64,000 bases of DNA from Octopus bimaculoides (taxonomy: Eukaryota). The notes below the pieces were generated by a model. It was not told the DNA's origin, did no database searches, and worked only from the letters and a program-made list of their open reading frames with translations. The stretch is from the NCBI RefSeq assembly GCF_001194135.2, contig NC_068994.1, positions 12,811,303-12,875,302 of the forward strand, in the 5' to 3' direction. This document shows, piece by piece, positions 12,738 through 24,672 of the stretch (position 1 is its first letter; the number at the start of each line of letters is the position of its first letter). A program made the translations under genes and the position numbers.

Positions 12738-15399
12738 CAGTGTACATTTAATACACATTAGAGATGCCCATAGAAGGACATCTAACCCGCTAGAAAGAGC
12801 AGCCAAAGCTCTACACCACAAAATTAGGGATAATTTCGAAAAGGAATGAAAAATAAAAACATTTACCATCTATATTCCGAACNNNNNNNNNNNNNNNNNN
12901 NNNNNNNNNNNNNNNNNNNNNNNNNNNNNNNNNNNNNNNNNNNNNNNNNNNNNNNNNNNNNNNNNNNNNNNNNNNNNNNNNNNNNNNNNNNNNNNNNNNN
13001 NNNNNNNNNNNNNNNNNNNNNNNNNNNNNNNNNNNNNNNNNNNNNNNNNNNNNNNNNNNNNNNNNNNNNNNNNNNNNNNNNNNNNNNNNNNNNNNNNNNN
13101 NNNNNNNNNNNNNNNNNNNNNNNNNNNNNNNNNNNNNNNNNNNNNNNNNNNNNNNNNNNNNNNNNNNNNNNNNNNNNNNNNNNNNNNNNNNNNNNNNNNN
13201 NNNNNNNNNNNNNNNNNNNNNNNNNNNNNNNNNNNNNNNNNNNNNNNNNNNNNNNNNNNNNNNNNNNNNNNNNNNNNNNNNNNNNNNNNNNNNNNNNNNN
13301 NNNNNNNNNNNNNNNNNNNNNNNNNNNNNNNNNNNNNNNNNNNNNNNNNNNNNNNNNNNNNNNNNNNNNNNNNNNNNNNNNNNNNNNNNNNNNNNNNNNN
13401 NNNNNNNNNNNNNNNNNNNNNNNNNNNNNNNNNNNNNNNNNNNNNNNNNNNNNNNATTTACTGAGTATTAACTGAAACAGTTGTAAGGGATGCTGGTTAT
13501 TTTGCTGTTGATAATAAACAATTATTAACTTACTAATTTTCTTTTTCTTCTCATATATATATATATATATATATATATGTCATATAATATTAATATATAT
13601 ATTCTCATAACATTCGGTATATCATGCTTAATGCAGATATACTGTTGAAAATCTGGAAATGGTAGTATTCATCTTGAGAAAGCATTTCATATAGAAGAAT
13701 CATGTTAAAAGACACAGGAATATATCTGTCTATACAAGATACTTTCTTGAGACAAATACTGCATTTCCAGGCTTTCAACAGTATATCTGCATTAAGTATG
13801 ATATCCAGAATGCTATTTTGAACTAATACTGCTTCCATCACTAATAACAAATATATATTCTTATCCAAACTCAAACACATGCAGCCCCTTCAGAGCTGGT
13901 GAACTCAAAGACCACAAGTAAACACATTAGTTAAGGATGAACACCATTTATTGAAGGACTTTTATCTACACCACGAGAAATGTCAAGTAGTTATTGATTC
14001 TGACTTCAGTTTACTGATATTTCTCTCTTTAACTAATTACTATTTCTCAAATTGTCAAAGGATTCTGAACAAATTCTATAACTGCATTCACCTTCAATTT
14101 GTTTTTTGACCCCATTTTGAATTTTTAATATAATTTTTGTATGCTGTTTGTCAAATGTTATTTGTTTTCCTTCCCTGATCTGTTTGCAGATGAATCAGAG
14201 AGTTCTGTCCCAACAGAAGCAGTTGCAACCTTCAAGCTAGACTTCTCTAAATTGTATAATACACTTTGTGAAACACTTCGAGATGATCAAACTACTTTGC
14301 TTTTGTATCTTTTACTGCACAGAAATCCCCACATGAAAGCTTTCATCTTATCCAGAACAAATATAGATTCATTAGTAAGTATTTACAAAAACTAATCTTT
14401 GATATTAATTGTTGGAGTAGCAGACAAAATATGTATTAAAACCTTTCATTTTAACCAAAAAAAAAAAAAAAATGAAAAAGTTAGTTGTTTTATTAGATCC
14501 TTCCAAATTCTTGAAATAAAATATTAAATAAAAACACATAGAGAACATATTCCATCAGAAATATGGTCATAAGAAGGTTAAATGTAAAAGGTTAAAAGAA
14601 AAATATAAACATCATCATCATTATCATTGTTTTAACATCCACTTTTCCATGGTTGCATGGGTCAGATGGAATTTGTTGAGGCAGATATTCTCTAGCTAGA
14701 TGCTCTTCCTGTCGCCAATTCTCACCTGTTTCCAAATAAGGTAATATTTGTTACAACTCTCCCAATTTGCTTATCACTTATCTGTTATGTATTTTATTTT
14801 GTTTTCTATTAATAATCAAAGACACAGTTTTTCCATCTACAGACTTACCGAAGTAGTATTACCAGTTTTTTTACCTCTTTTCTAGGTGATGCCTATCCTA
14901 CAAATCCTATACCATGCACAAGACAAAAACTCCCATCATATTTATATGGCACTTATTATCTTATTGATTCTAAGCGAGGATGATGTCTTTAATCGTGCAA
15001 TTCATGATGTTGTAAGTAATTGCATCTTTTTGTTCTGTTTTTTCTTAACCCTTTAGATTTCAGATTTCTTTGTCAAATATACTACTTATTTATTCACATT
15101 GTTTTGAATTAATCACATGTTATTTTGTAGCTTCAAAATTTCAGTGGTGTGTTTGCATATTTTTAGAATGACATTGTAGGGTAGGTGTGAGAGGTTGGAT
15201 CTGGTTAGTTTTAGCATTAAAAAAAAGGAGAATATTTGGGCCAGATATGGCCGGATTAAATGCTAAAGGGTTAAAGGGACCCTGAGATAATCATTCAGTT
15301 ATGAATGATTGACTGAGCATGAAATCATGTGGTTTTGGGCCCTGTCCTATTCTGTGGAACCTTGGGCAAGTGTCTTGTAAAAATTTCTTGTCTTGCAAG

Positions 15400-15442
<43 letters not shown>

Positions 15443-18400
15443 TGTATATATATATGTATGATGTATGTATGTATATATATATGTATGCATGTATGTATGT
15501 ATGTATACACACACATGCGCATGTGTGCACATACATATAATCTCCATTGTTTTAAAATGCAAATTCTTTTGACAGACAATAAAACATGTACCTTGGTTCA
15601 AAGAAAGAAGTATCAATGAAGTCACATTAGGAGGTCTCCTCATTCTCGTTGTCATACGAACCATCCAATACAATATGACACGGATGAGAGTAAGTACATT
15701 CACACATTTTCTTTTTTGGAGTCTGTCAATTTTTACTTTCATTTATTCCATTAAATAATTCATATTTGTGGTGTTTGTAATTTGTATGAAGAGTTTTCCA
15801 ATTCTCATATGACACACAATATCTTGTTTTTTTGTTCTTATGTATTTTGTTCATTCTTTAGTTTCTATTGTTATTTATTATCATTAAGGCACTGAGCTGG
15901 CAGAATTGTTAGCATGCTGGGTGAAAATGCTTAGTGGCATTTTGTTTGTCTCTACGTTCTGAGTTCAAATTCCATTGAGGTCGACTTAGCCTTTCATCCT
16001 TTCGGGTTTGATGAAATAAGTACCAGCTATGCACTGGGGTCGATATAATTGACTACCCCCCTCCCACCTCCCCTAAATTTCAAGCCTTATGCCTTTAGTA
16101 GAAAGGATTATGAAGGCAGCGAGCTGGCAGAATTGTTAGTGCACTGGGCAAACTGCTTAGCGGTATTTTGTCTGTTTTCCAGTTCTGAGTTCAAATTCCA
16201 CCAAGGTTGACTTTGCCTTTCATCCTCTCAGGGGTTGATAAATTCAGTACCAGTGAAACACTGGGGTCGATGTAATCGACTAGTCCCATCCCCTAAAATT
16301 TCAGGCCTTGTGCCTTTAGTAGAAAGGATTATTAAGGTAGTGAGCTGGCAGAATACACACACACACACACACACAGACATTGACACGTGCGCACACTCAT
16401 GCTCATATGAGTGTTTTTTTGTGTTTGTCTCTCCACCACACTGCTTGAGAACAGGTATTGCTTTGTTTACATCTTCTAAACTTCAATGTTTCAGCAAAAG
16501 GGATCAATAGAATAAGTACCAGACTTTTAAAAAATCCCCCAAAAAACAAGCCCTAGGGATCAACCCTGATAGGATGAAAGGTAAAGTTGACCTCTGTGGA
16601 ATTTGAACTGAGAATGTGAAGATGGACAAAACGCCGCCAAGGATTTTGCCTGGCATACTAACAATTCTACTAGCCTTGACAACAACAACACCACCAACAA
16701 CAACAATAATAATCCTTTCTACCAAAGGCTCAAGGCCTGAAATTTTAGGGGAGGGAGCTAACAATTCTGCCAGCTCGTCATCTTGGGCAATAATAATAAT
16801 AATAATAATAATTATAATAATAATAATAATAATAATAGTAGTAATAATGATAAACCATATGTATTTGTTTATTGAGACATTTCTGTTCATCATTTATCTA
16901 TTTTCTGTTGCAGGATAAATACTTACACACAAATTGTCTTGCTGCATTAGCCAATATGTCTTCTAACTTCAACAACTTACATCCTTATGTTGCTCAGCGA
17001 ATTGTCAGGTAAGATTCTCTTTTGTTTTGTCTTACCACTGGTTTCAGTCATTTAACTGTGGCCATACTTGGACTCTTGTCACCGCCGACAGCAATAGTCT
17101 CCTACTTGTTTTTTGGCACCATTGACTGGTTTCATGTGAGACAATTCTTCCACAAACCAGGGTGTCACGTGCATAGCAAAACACAATAAAGTACATAATA
17201 TATAATTTAATTATCTACTACTTATAATAATACTCTTGTGTTTTTCTCCGTCACAACATATGAATGAGAAAGGAAGAGGTGATAGATGAATATGGAAGGA
17301 AGGAAGGAAGGAAGGAAGAGGTGATGGCAAACTTGGTAATGGGATGATGGAAGCTCTAAGGTGAAAAAAAAAACAAAAATCAGACAGTGTTTCAACTCTG
17401 TATGAGTATATTTGTGCGTGTATGTAAACGCTCCCACAACCAGTTTACCATCACCCCTTCCTTCCTTCATTACCAGGACCAACAGGTACAACTTGCATCC
17501 TAAATATATTGCTTGCCTGGCAACAGACAGGTGGTTCATGTCCTGTCAATTAACCTGTTGTTGGGTTTTATCGCAGATGATGTCTTACCAATGTCTTAAG
17601 TCATTTTTATGTTGAATCTGTCAGAAGTGTCCTTCATTCGTATTTTTCAGTTTGTTTGCTCAACTGTGCAAGAAACACAGCAAATTGGTTGAACATATTC
17701 GAAGTGCTGCAGTGAATGGTTCTCTTGAAATGGAACAAGGAAATGGTGTTGACTCAGATTCAGATATAGATTATGTAAGTATTAGCTGACCATTTGCATC
17801 TTTATGTTCTGAGTTCTAATTCCACTAAGGTCAACTTTGCCTTTCATCATATTGAGGTTGATAAAGTAAGTACCAGTTGAGCATTGGGGTTGAGGTAATC
17901 CACTTACCCGCTGCCTTGAAATTGCTGGCCTTGTGCCAAAATTTGAAACCAATATTATAAACCTATATCATCTAAAGAAAATGTGTTAAAACAATAAGGA
18001 TGATTACAGTAGTAATTTTAGACATGCTTTTATATATATATTTTTTTTTTCTTTTTATTTATATAATTTCAGGTACAAGACTTAGCAGTTCTTGAAGAAG
18101 TGATTCGAATGGTGTTGGAAATAATCAATTCCTGTCTAACAAATGGAATCTTACATAATCCAAACTTGGTCTACTCTCTTTTGTATCAGAAAGATCAGTT
18201 TGGGATGTTTCGAACGCATCCGACTTTCCAAGATATTATTCAAAATATTGATACTGTAAGTAAATAGGGTTGCCTATGTTTCACTTCTTAAATCATTTAG
18301 CATTTAAACCAGCCATATCCGGCCTAAATATCCTACTCGTTTTATGTTTTAACCAGCCAGATCCATTCTCTCATGCCTACCCTGCAATGTCATTCTAAAA

Positions 18401-21400
18401 ATAATACAGTGTAACAAAATTTCCATGGTTGTGTGGTTAAAAAGCTTGCTTCCCAAGCATGTGGCCTTGGATTCAGTTTCACTGCATGGGTACCTTGAGC
18501 AAGTGTCTTCTACTCTAGCTGCAGCCCAACCAAACACTTGTAAGTGGATTTTGGTTGACAGAAACTGAAAGAAGCCAGTCATACGTGATATATAAATATA
18601 TCATCATCATTTAACATCCGTTGTCCATGTTGGCATGGGTTGGACTGTTTGACTGGAATGGCAAGCTGGAAGGCTGTACCAGACTCTAGTCTGATCTGGC
18701 ATAGTTTCTATGGCTGGATGCCTTTCCTAATGCCAACCACTCCGAGAGTGTAATGGGTGCTTTTACGTGCCACCAGCACAGGTGCCATTTGTGTGACACC
18801 AGTATCTGCCACGACTATAATTTTACTTGGCTCAATGGGTCTTCTCAAGCATGACATAATGCAAAGGTCTCAGTCATTGTTGGACTCTTACCCTGATGAA
18901 GGAGGCTCTGGATTTTATTAATGTTTATTTGCTTCCTTTACTGGCTGCAAATTTTTATGAACTACATCTGCCAACATTATGAAGTCACTTCAAGTGCTCA
19001 GAAACAACTGTTGGATTTCTAACACCTTCTCTCCTCTAATTTTTGAGTTTCTGTAATCTGAGTAAGTCTGCTCTATCAAAAAATATATATATTTATATTT
19101 GATTTTTTATCATCTGAAAATTTCAAGTCTGCCTTCTCTTTTTACATGTATACATGTATATATATTTTGTACATTAAAACCTAACGTTTTATCTGTTTAT
19201 CTGAATCATTATCTCCCTATCTGCTCACTAGGATTCTCCTTATAGCCACTCTTTATTCTGTTGACTTGGTCCTCAGTAAAGATATCGGAGTGTAAGTTCA
19301 AATCATTTGAGCGCTTCTAAGTGTGTTCTGTATTAAGATTCTCTCAATCTCATCTGTTGATTCTGTATATACATATATGTACATACATATATGTTTGTGT
19401 GTGTGTGTGTGAAGTTGGCCTTAGGAAGGGCATCCAGCTGTAGAAACTGTGCCAAAGCTGGTATTGAAGCACAGCATAGCCCTGTGGCTTGCTGTATCCT
19501 GCAGACCATCCCACCTATGCCAGCATGGAAAACAGACATTAAATGATGATTATGTGTTTGTGTATGTCTCCTTGTGTAGACGTTGTGTGACGGATGTAAA
19601 TGAAAATCATTGCACAGGTGAGGTAGTTTATAACCAGTCTTCTGTGGAAAGCATGTCTAGCTATGTGAAAAAATATTGCCTTGTTTGGAAACAGGTGAAG
19701 ATTGGAAGCATATGGAGCATCTTACTATAGAAAATCTCTTTCAACAATTTCTATCTGACTCATGAGAGAATTGAGGAATGGACGTTAAAACAATGCTGAT
19801 GAAATTCTTGAAATTTTTTATTTAATTTTTCTCTTTCAGGTTTTAGCCTATTTTTCTTCCAAACTAGAACAAAATGGACAGAATCTTTCTCCAAATGAAG
19901 TTTTAACAACCATTAAGGAAGGGTCTTTACAGTTTCGTAAAGATCGATTAAGAGTGAGTTAATTTTGTTTGTTTGTTGGGGGTTTTTTTGTATACTTTGT
20001 GGTGGGTTTTGAAAAAAAAATATATTTCTGTTTGAACTGTTTTTATATTTTTCTGCATTTTCTAAAATACTTTCATTGACTGCTAAGCATATAGTAATAA
20101 TTAGATTTTTATCTGTCATGTAACAACTGAGGAAATATAATCTGCCATTATGGGTAATATCAGAAAATATGGCATACATACAATAATTATTTATTTAACT
20201 TTTATCAAATTTCTTGGTACTTACAGGTGTCCATAAATTACCTTTATAATTTGAATAATTTCAAAAAAAAAAAAAATGAAAACTAAGGTTTACTCAGCAG
20301 AGTATTCCCAACCACATGGTTCTGGGTTCAGTCCCACTGTGTGGCTCCTTGGGCAAGTGTCATCTACTTAGGTTCAGCCTTGTGAGTGGATTTGGTAGAC
20401 AGAAACTGAAGGAAGCCTGTTGTATATATGTGCGTGTGTGTGTGTGTCTGTGTCATTATGCCTGTGTTTATCTCCCCTGCCCACTGCTAGATAACTGATG
20501 TTCATGTGTTTACATTCCCATAACTTAGTGGTTCAGCAGACTGACATAATAAGTACTGGGTTTAAAAAAAAAAAGTATTGGGGTCGATTCATTCAACTAA
20601 AAGTTCTTTAAAGCAGTGCCCCAGCATGACCACAGTCTAATGACTGAAACAAGTAAAAGATAAAAGAATCAAGTAAAGTTTTATTAGAGACACCAGAACA
20701 GCAAATAGAGACTCAGACATTGCTTAGAAAATATTTTTCATTTTTAACCTCGTATATAGTACCCATGAGGAATTTTGACCTTTAAATTTTGGGGAAAAAA
20801 TGCGGATTATACTCGAGGATTTACGGTATATATTTATGTGTGTGTGTGTGTCTTTGTGATTGTGTTTGTCTCCCCCCCNNNNNNNNNNNNNNNNNNNNNN
20901 NNNNNNNNNNNNNNNNNNNNNNNNNNNNNNNNNNNNNNNNNNNNNNNNNNNNNNNNNNNNNNNNNNNNNNNNNNNNNNNNNNNNNNNNNNNNNNNNNNNN
21001 NNNNNNNNNNNNNNNNNNNNNNNNNNNNNNNNNNNNNNNTGCTCGTGAAATTAACGTGCAAGTGGCTGAGCACTCCACAGACACGTGTACCCATAACGTA
21101 GTTCTCGGGGATATACAGTGTGACAAGGCTGACCCTTTGAATTACAGACACAACAGAAACAGGAAGTAAGAGTGAGAGAAAGTTGTGGTGAAAGAGTACA
21201 GCAGGGTTCGCCAGCATCTCCTGCCGGAGCCTTGTGGAGCTTTAGGTGTTTTCGCTCAAACACTCACAACGTCTGATCTGGGAATCGAAACCGCGATCCT
21301 ATGACCGCAAGTCCGCTGCCCTAACCACTGGGCCATTGCGCCTCCATGCTCTAGCATGACTGCAGTCAAATGACTGAAACAAGCGTGCATAGCTTTCTTT

Positions 21401-21701
21401 TTCCCATTGCATGCCACCAAGCCTAGTATGTGCACTCCTTCTACACTTTGTTAACTCTCTCTGTATCTTCTCTCGCACTTCTTTCAACCAACCAACCAAC
21501 CAGCCAACATGTCAACTGGCATTATATAGACATTGTAATATTTTTTTTTTGCAGAAATTTCCCGAGCTGCGTTTTAAGTATGTCGAAGAAGAATCTCCAG
21601 AAGAATTTTTCATCCCTTACATGTGGTCATTGGTCTTTCACTCATCACACTTGTATTTCAACCCAGCTCGAATCGTACTCTTCTCCCTGGCTGTTTCCTG
21701 A
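638..21701 (+). CDS. DYM: Dymeclin, spliced gene model (14 visible coding exons, 1 exon missing)
   Basis: The hand-spliced product starts [39 protein letters not shown], contains [25 protein letters not shown] and ends [32 protein letters not shown]. These match recognised dymeclin motifs. All visible introns are GT-AG with compatible phases. The MGxxxS N-myristoylation motif is retained. Confidence 0.97.
1879..2025 (+). CDS. DYM: DYM coding exon 2
   Basis: ttttag| [25 protein letters not shown] |gtaagt; 147 nt, phase 2 to 2. Confidence 0.95.
2217..2429 (+). mobile_element. SINE family 1 (aaggcagcgagctggcagaa head; cctttcatcctttcggggtcgataaattaagtacc core)
   Basis: A/B-box-like motifs are present (tggcagaa..gagttcaaattcc). 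More than 15 further copies or fragments occur in the window, e.g. 15887-16345, 17790-17955, 26325-26680, 57120-57300, 59945-60300, 61400-61560 and 61940-62135. Confidence 0.85.
2866..2993 (+). CDS. DYM: DYM coding exon 3
   Basis: tttcag| [29 protein letters not shown] |gtaaat; 128 nt, phase 2 to 1. Confidence 0.95.
3494..3653 (-). mobile_element. Repeat copy A carrying a decayed minimal hammerhead motif
   Basis: Homologous to 4431-4554. The minus strand reads gacac CTGATGA a ggctg gagggtatat caacc aaa acgt. Confidence 0.7.
3906..3987 (+). CDS. DYM: DYM coding exon 4
   Basis: tttcag| [27 protein letters not shown] |gtgagt; 82 nt, phase 1 to 2. Confidence 0.93.
4040..4362 (+). mobile_element. 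SINE/LINE-tail family ending aggaagggcatccagctgtagaaa..acccatgc..(GAT)n
   Basis: The 3' end with (GAT)n tail recurs at about 14610-14750(-), 18600-18880(-), 19420-19550, 38740-39000 and 41690-41935. Confidence 0.75.
4477..4522 (-). ncRNA. Minimal type-I hammerhead ribozyme motif (repeat copy B, 4431-4554), helix II damaged
   Basis: The minus strand reads GACAC CTGATGA a TACTG gagggtatat CAGCC GAA ACGT T GTGTT. Helix I is GACAC/GTGTT, helix III is the palindrome ACGT, and the cleavage triplet is GUU. Confidence 0.7.
4829..4954 (+). CDS. DYM: DYM coding exon 5
   Basis: ctacag| [32 protein letters not shown] |gtaaat; 126 nt, phase 2 to 2. Confidence 0.93.
5045..5365 (+). mobile_element. SINE family 3 (tgtgttgtgttcttga..cactttatt..cactcagctgtagaaa core)
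   Basis: Homologous copies lie at about 6100-6390(+) and 10440-10730(-), with a B-box-like gtttgattcc head. Confidence 0.75.
5701..5967. mobile_element. hAT (Charlie-like) MITE, copy 1
   Basis: 15-bp TIRs CAGGGGTTTTCAAAC (14/15 match). Perfect 8-bp TSD ctctatgg at 5693-5700 and 5968-5975. It is inserted into an RTE-like LINE fragment. Confidence 0.93.
6598..7053. mobile_element. Two tandem piggyBac-type MITEs (6598-6820 and 6836-7053)
   Basis: TTAA|CCCTTTTGATACCA...TGGTAACAAAAGGG|TTAA-type ends. A third copy lies at 48157-48375. Confidence 0.8.
8258..8640 (+). mobile_element. RTE-clade LINE 3' fragment, decayed
   Basis: Frameshifted remnants of the RTE C-terminus (..ELKEKL..WYG.V..) end in a (GAT)n tail. 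Confidence 0.65.
9569..10398. mobile_element. Tc1/mariner (pogo/Tc2-like) MITE spanning an assembly gap
   Basis: 26-bp TIR CCGTATTTTAACGTGTATAAGGAACC after TA. The right end ggttccttatacatgtttaaatatgg matches at 23/26. Poly-C runs lie on both sides of the N-run 9619-10254. Confidence 0.75.
12326..12517 (+). CDS. DYM: DYM coding exon 7 (exon 6 not visible)
   Basis: ctctag| [38 protein letters not shown] |gtaagt; 192 nt, phase 1 to 1. Confidence 0.95.
14190..14374 (+). CDS. DYM: DYM coding exon 8
   Basis: ttgcag| ..[40 protein letters not shown] |gtaagt; 185 nt. Confidence 0.95.
14886..15011 (+). CDS. DYM: DYM coding exon 9
   Basis: ttctag| [42 protein letters not shown] |gtaagt; 126 nt. Confidence 0.96.
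15049..15270. mobile_element. piggyBac-type MITE family 2
   Basis: TTAA|CCCTTTAG..AATGCTAAAGGG|TTAA. Other copies lie at 23687-23906, 24021-24222, 27099-27310, 43052-43252 and 47141-47361, with a partial copy at 18293-18410. Confidence 0.85.
15576..15689 (+). CDS. DYM: DYM coding exon 10
   Basis: tgacag| [38 protein letters not shown] |gtaagt; 114 nt. Confidence 0.96.
16914..17008 (+). CDS. DYM: DYM coding exon 11
   Basis: ttgcag| [31 protein letters not shown] |gtaaga; 95 nt. Confidence 0.96.
17651..17774 (+). CDS. DYM: DYM coding exon 12
   Basis: tttcag| [27 protein letters not shown] |gtaagt; 124 nt, phase 2 to 0. Confidence 0.93.
18073..18255 (+). CDS. DYM: DYM coding exon 13
   Basis: tttcag| [49 protein letters not shown] |gtaagt; 183 nt. 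Confidence 0.96.
19840..19953 (+). CDS. DYM: DYM coding exon 14
   Basis: tttcag| [38 protein letters not shown] |gtgagt; 114 nt. Confidence 0.95.
20305..20668 (+). mobile_element. SINE family 2 (accacatggttc..gggttcagtcccactg..ccttgggcaagtgtc)
   Basis: tRNA-like head with B-box. Many copies occur, e.g. 8830-9230(-), 18425-18590, 32440-32600(-), 39329-39712, 42490-42865, 55215-55510(-) and 63000-63110(-). Confidence 0.85.
21040..21345 (-). mobile_element. tRNA-derived SINE family 4, tail type A
   Basis: The minus-strand head reads ggaggcgcaaTGGCCCAGTGGttagggcagcggac..GGTTTCGATTCCcaga (A and B boxes); the 3' end runs into the gap. Confidence 0.85.
21555..21701 (+). CDS. DYM: DYM terminal coding exon 15
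   Basis: ttgcag| [51 protein letters not shown]. Confidence 0.96.
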   Translation, partial: KFPELRFKYVEEESPEEFFIPYMWSLVFHSSHLYFNPARIVLFSLAVS

Positions 21702-24672
21702 GATTTACTTTCTACTGGTGGCAGTGAGGCTGACGCTGGTGGGGCAAACGTGCCTCAAAGGACTCCTAATACTTGTAGCTATGGCAACAGAACTGAAATA
21801 TGGATGACGAAAACCAGAAACGTCTTNNNNNNNNNNNNNNNNNNNNNNNNNNNNNNNNNNNNNNNNNNNNNNNNNNNNNNNNNNNNNNNNNNNNNNNNNN
21901 NNNNNNNNNNNNNNNNNNNNNNNNNNNNNNNNNNNNNNNNNNNNNNNNNNNNNNNNNNNNNNNNNNNNNNNNNNNNNNNNNNNNNNNNNNNNNNNNNNNN
22001 NNNNNNNNNNNNNNNNNNNNNNNNNNNNNNNNNNNNNNNNNNNNNNNNNNNNNNNNNNNNNNNNNNNNNNNNNNNNNNNNNNNNNNNNNNNNNNNNNNNN
22101 NNNNNNNNNNNNNNNNNNNNNNNNNNNNNNNNNNNNNNNNNNNNNNNNNNNNNNNNNNNNNNNNNNNNNNNNNNNNNNNNNNNNNNNNNNNNNNNNNNNN
22201 NNNNNNNNNNNNNNNNNNNNNNNNNNNNNNNNNNNNNNNNNNNNNNNNNNNNNNNNNNNNNNNNNNNNNNNNNNNNNNNNNNNNNNNNNNNNNNNNNNNN
22301 NNNNNNNNNNNNNNNNNNNNNNNNNNNNNNNNNNNNNNNNNNNNNNNNNNNNNNNNNNNNNNNNNNNNNNNNNNNNNNNNNNNNNNNNNNNNNNNNNNNN
22401 NNNNNNNNNNNNNNNNNNNNNNNNNNNNNNNNNNNNNNNNNNNNNNNNNNNNNNNNNNNNNNNNNNNNNNNNNNNNNNNNNNNNNNNNNNNNNNNNNNNN
22501 NNNNNNNNNNNNNNNNNNNNNNNNNNNNNNNNNNNNNNNNNNNNNNNNNNNNNNNNNNNNNNNNNNNNNNNNNNNNNNNNNNNNNNNNNNNNNNNNNNNN
22601 NNNNNNNNNNNNNNNNNNNNNNNNNNNNNNNNNNNNNNNNNNNNNNNNNNNNNNNNNNNNNNNNNNNNNNNNNNNNNNNNATATATATATGTGTGTGTGT
22701 GTGTGTGTGTATCAGTGTGTATGTATATATGTATATGTCAACGTGTATGTGTGTGTATATATGTGAATGTATATGCGTGTATATACATAGGTGTATTATA
22801 GAAAGTTTCCTTAATGAAGAATTTAGCAAACAAAAAACAAACAAAACAAAAAACAAAAATTATAAAAATTACAAAAAGACAACAAAAAAACTGGGTTGAA
22901 AAAAAAAATTTGTTTTATTTTTTAATCTTCAAACTCAGTGTGTTGCTGACTATTGGTTTCCTATTTATTAGATAATAATAATTTTTTTTTGTCACTAATT
23001 AACACTTGTTCATATAAACCTCATTATCAATATATTATCTGCTTTAGAGGGGAATTTTTTTTTTTTTTTTTTGGCAGTAACTAATTAATTAAAGAAGTGA
23101 CTTCTCACTTCTCTTTTAAACGAAGGTCAAATTAATATGTTAATTTAGGTATTTTGTCAGAAACTGGACATTGTACTTTAGATTGAAATTTAAAAAAAAA
23201 AATTAAATAGAATAAACGTTTTTGAATTTAATCTAGCAAGCACAATATTTAATTAAAATCACACACTCCCTAATTAGATCACCCTCCACCTAGTAATAGA
23301 TCTCTCCACCTCTGAAATAAAATCCACTAATGTTAATAAAATGCATGGATATTTTTTCCCTTGTATACATTTAATTAATTGTATCTGTAATGGTAATGTT
23401 AATTTTTCTACATTGTAATTCATTTAGGAGAGAAACATATGCAGTTTTTACTTATAATTTTCCTTTCTAAATATCTATTTGTTTTGGGGTTTTTGTATGG
23501 CTAAACTCAATCTTGGAATTAATTGAACTTTTACCTTTCAAACTTTATATTTTGTTATGAAAAGCAAAATATTATTATTTAATTTGAAACTGAAAAGTGA
23601 AACAGACCCATTGAACTGCTCCTGCAGTTTTTGTTTTTCTGTCTTAAACTGACACCGGTAATATTTAACTAAATAACACTTCTTAACTCTTTAGCATTTA
23701 GATTACTCTGTCAAACATAATGCATATTTATTCACATTGTTTTGAATTAACCACACATTATCTCGTAGCTTCAAGATTTCAATGGTGTGATTACTTAGTT
23801 TTATAACGAGATTGTAGGATAGGTGTGAGAGGCAGGATCTGGCCAGTTTCAACATAAATCAGATATAATATTTGGATTTGATATGGCTAGTTTAAATTCT
23901 AAAAGGTTAATTGAAAAATCTTTACAGTTAATATTGACTGAAAGAAATTTAATTAATTTAATTTTCATTTCATTGATTTTGTTTTTTAAGAAAAAAATCT
24001 GACCAAATTAATGAAAGAATTCTTTAGCTTTTAAACTGACCATATCCAGCTCAAATATTGAACCTGTTTTATGTTCAAACCTGTTGAGTTTGGCCTATCA
24101 CACCTATCCTACAATGTCATTCTGAAAATAAACAATCACATTATTGAAGTCTCAAAGCTATGCTATGATGCATAATAAATTCAAAGCAATTTAAATGAAT
24201 AAGTAATACGTTTGACTGACAGAGGGTATATGGTAAATGTATACCCTCTTCAAATAGTTACAAGAAACTGCAGAAGAATTTTCACTGAGAATTTACTGGG
24301 AGACTGTGTTTTTTTTCTTTCTTCTTTTACCCAAAGAAATATTTTACTTTTTGTTTATTTCTTGTAGTTGTTAACATTTGTTGGTTATATTCTTTGAGTT
24401 TGAAACAGATACATCTCATAGATGAAACATAACCATTTACATTCCCCAATAAATTCAGATTTCATATGCTTTGATTAAAATTATTTCAGCTGTTTCCAGC
24501 AATGGTTAAACTGTTTGTGCTGTTGTTATTATTGTTATTTTTTTTTTTTGTTTTTACTAACCAAGATTTATTTTTCATTTGAATATGAATTTTCTTTTAT
24601 CGGATTAAAACATTGTTTTTAATTAATAGAACACTGTTTTTCAAATATTTATATTGCCATTTTTTCCCTTCT

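Noticed and set aside
13605-13990. 91-aa minus-strand ORF
   Set aside because: No start context or homology. The plus strand has a LEKAF remnant suggesting decayed LINE RT, too weak to call.
18890-18910. ccCTGATGAagg as another hammerhead
   Set aside because: No helix II complement or downstream GAAA was found.
21775-21788. Perfect RFX X-box-like motif GTAGCTATGGCAAC
   Set aside because: It lies in the DYM 3' UTR far from any evident promoter, and a rough estimate gives about 0.3 chance matches per window.
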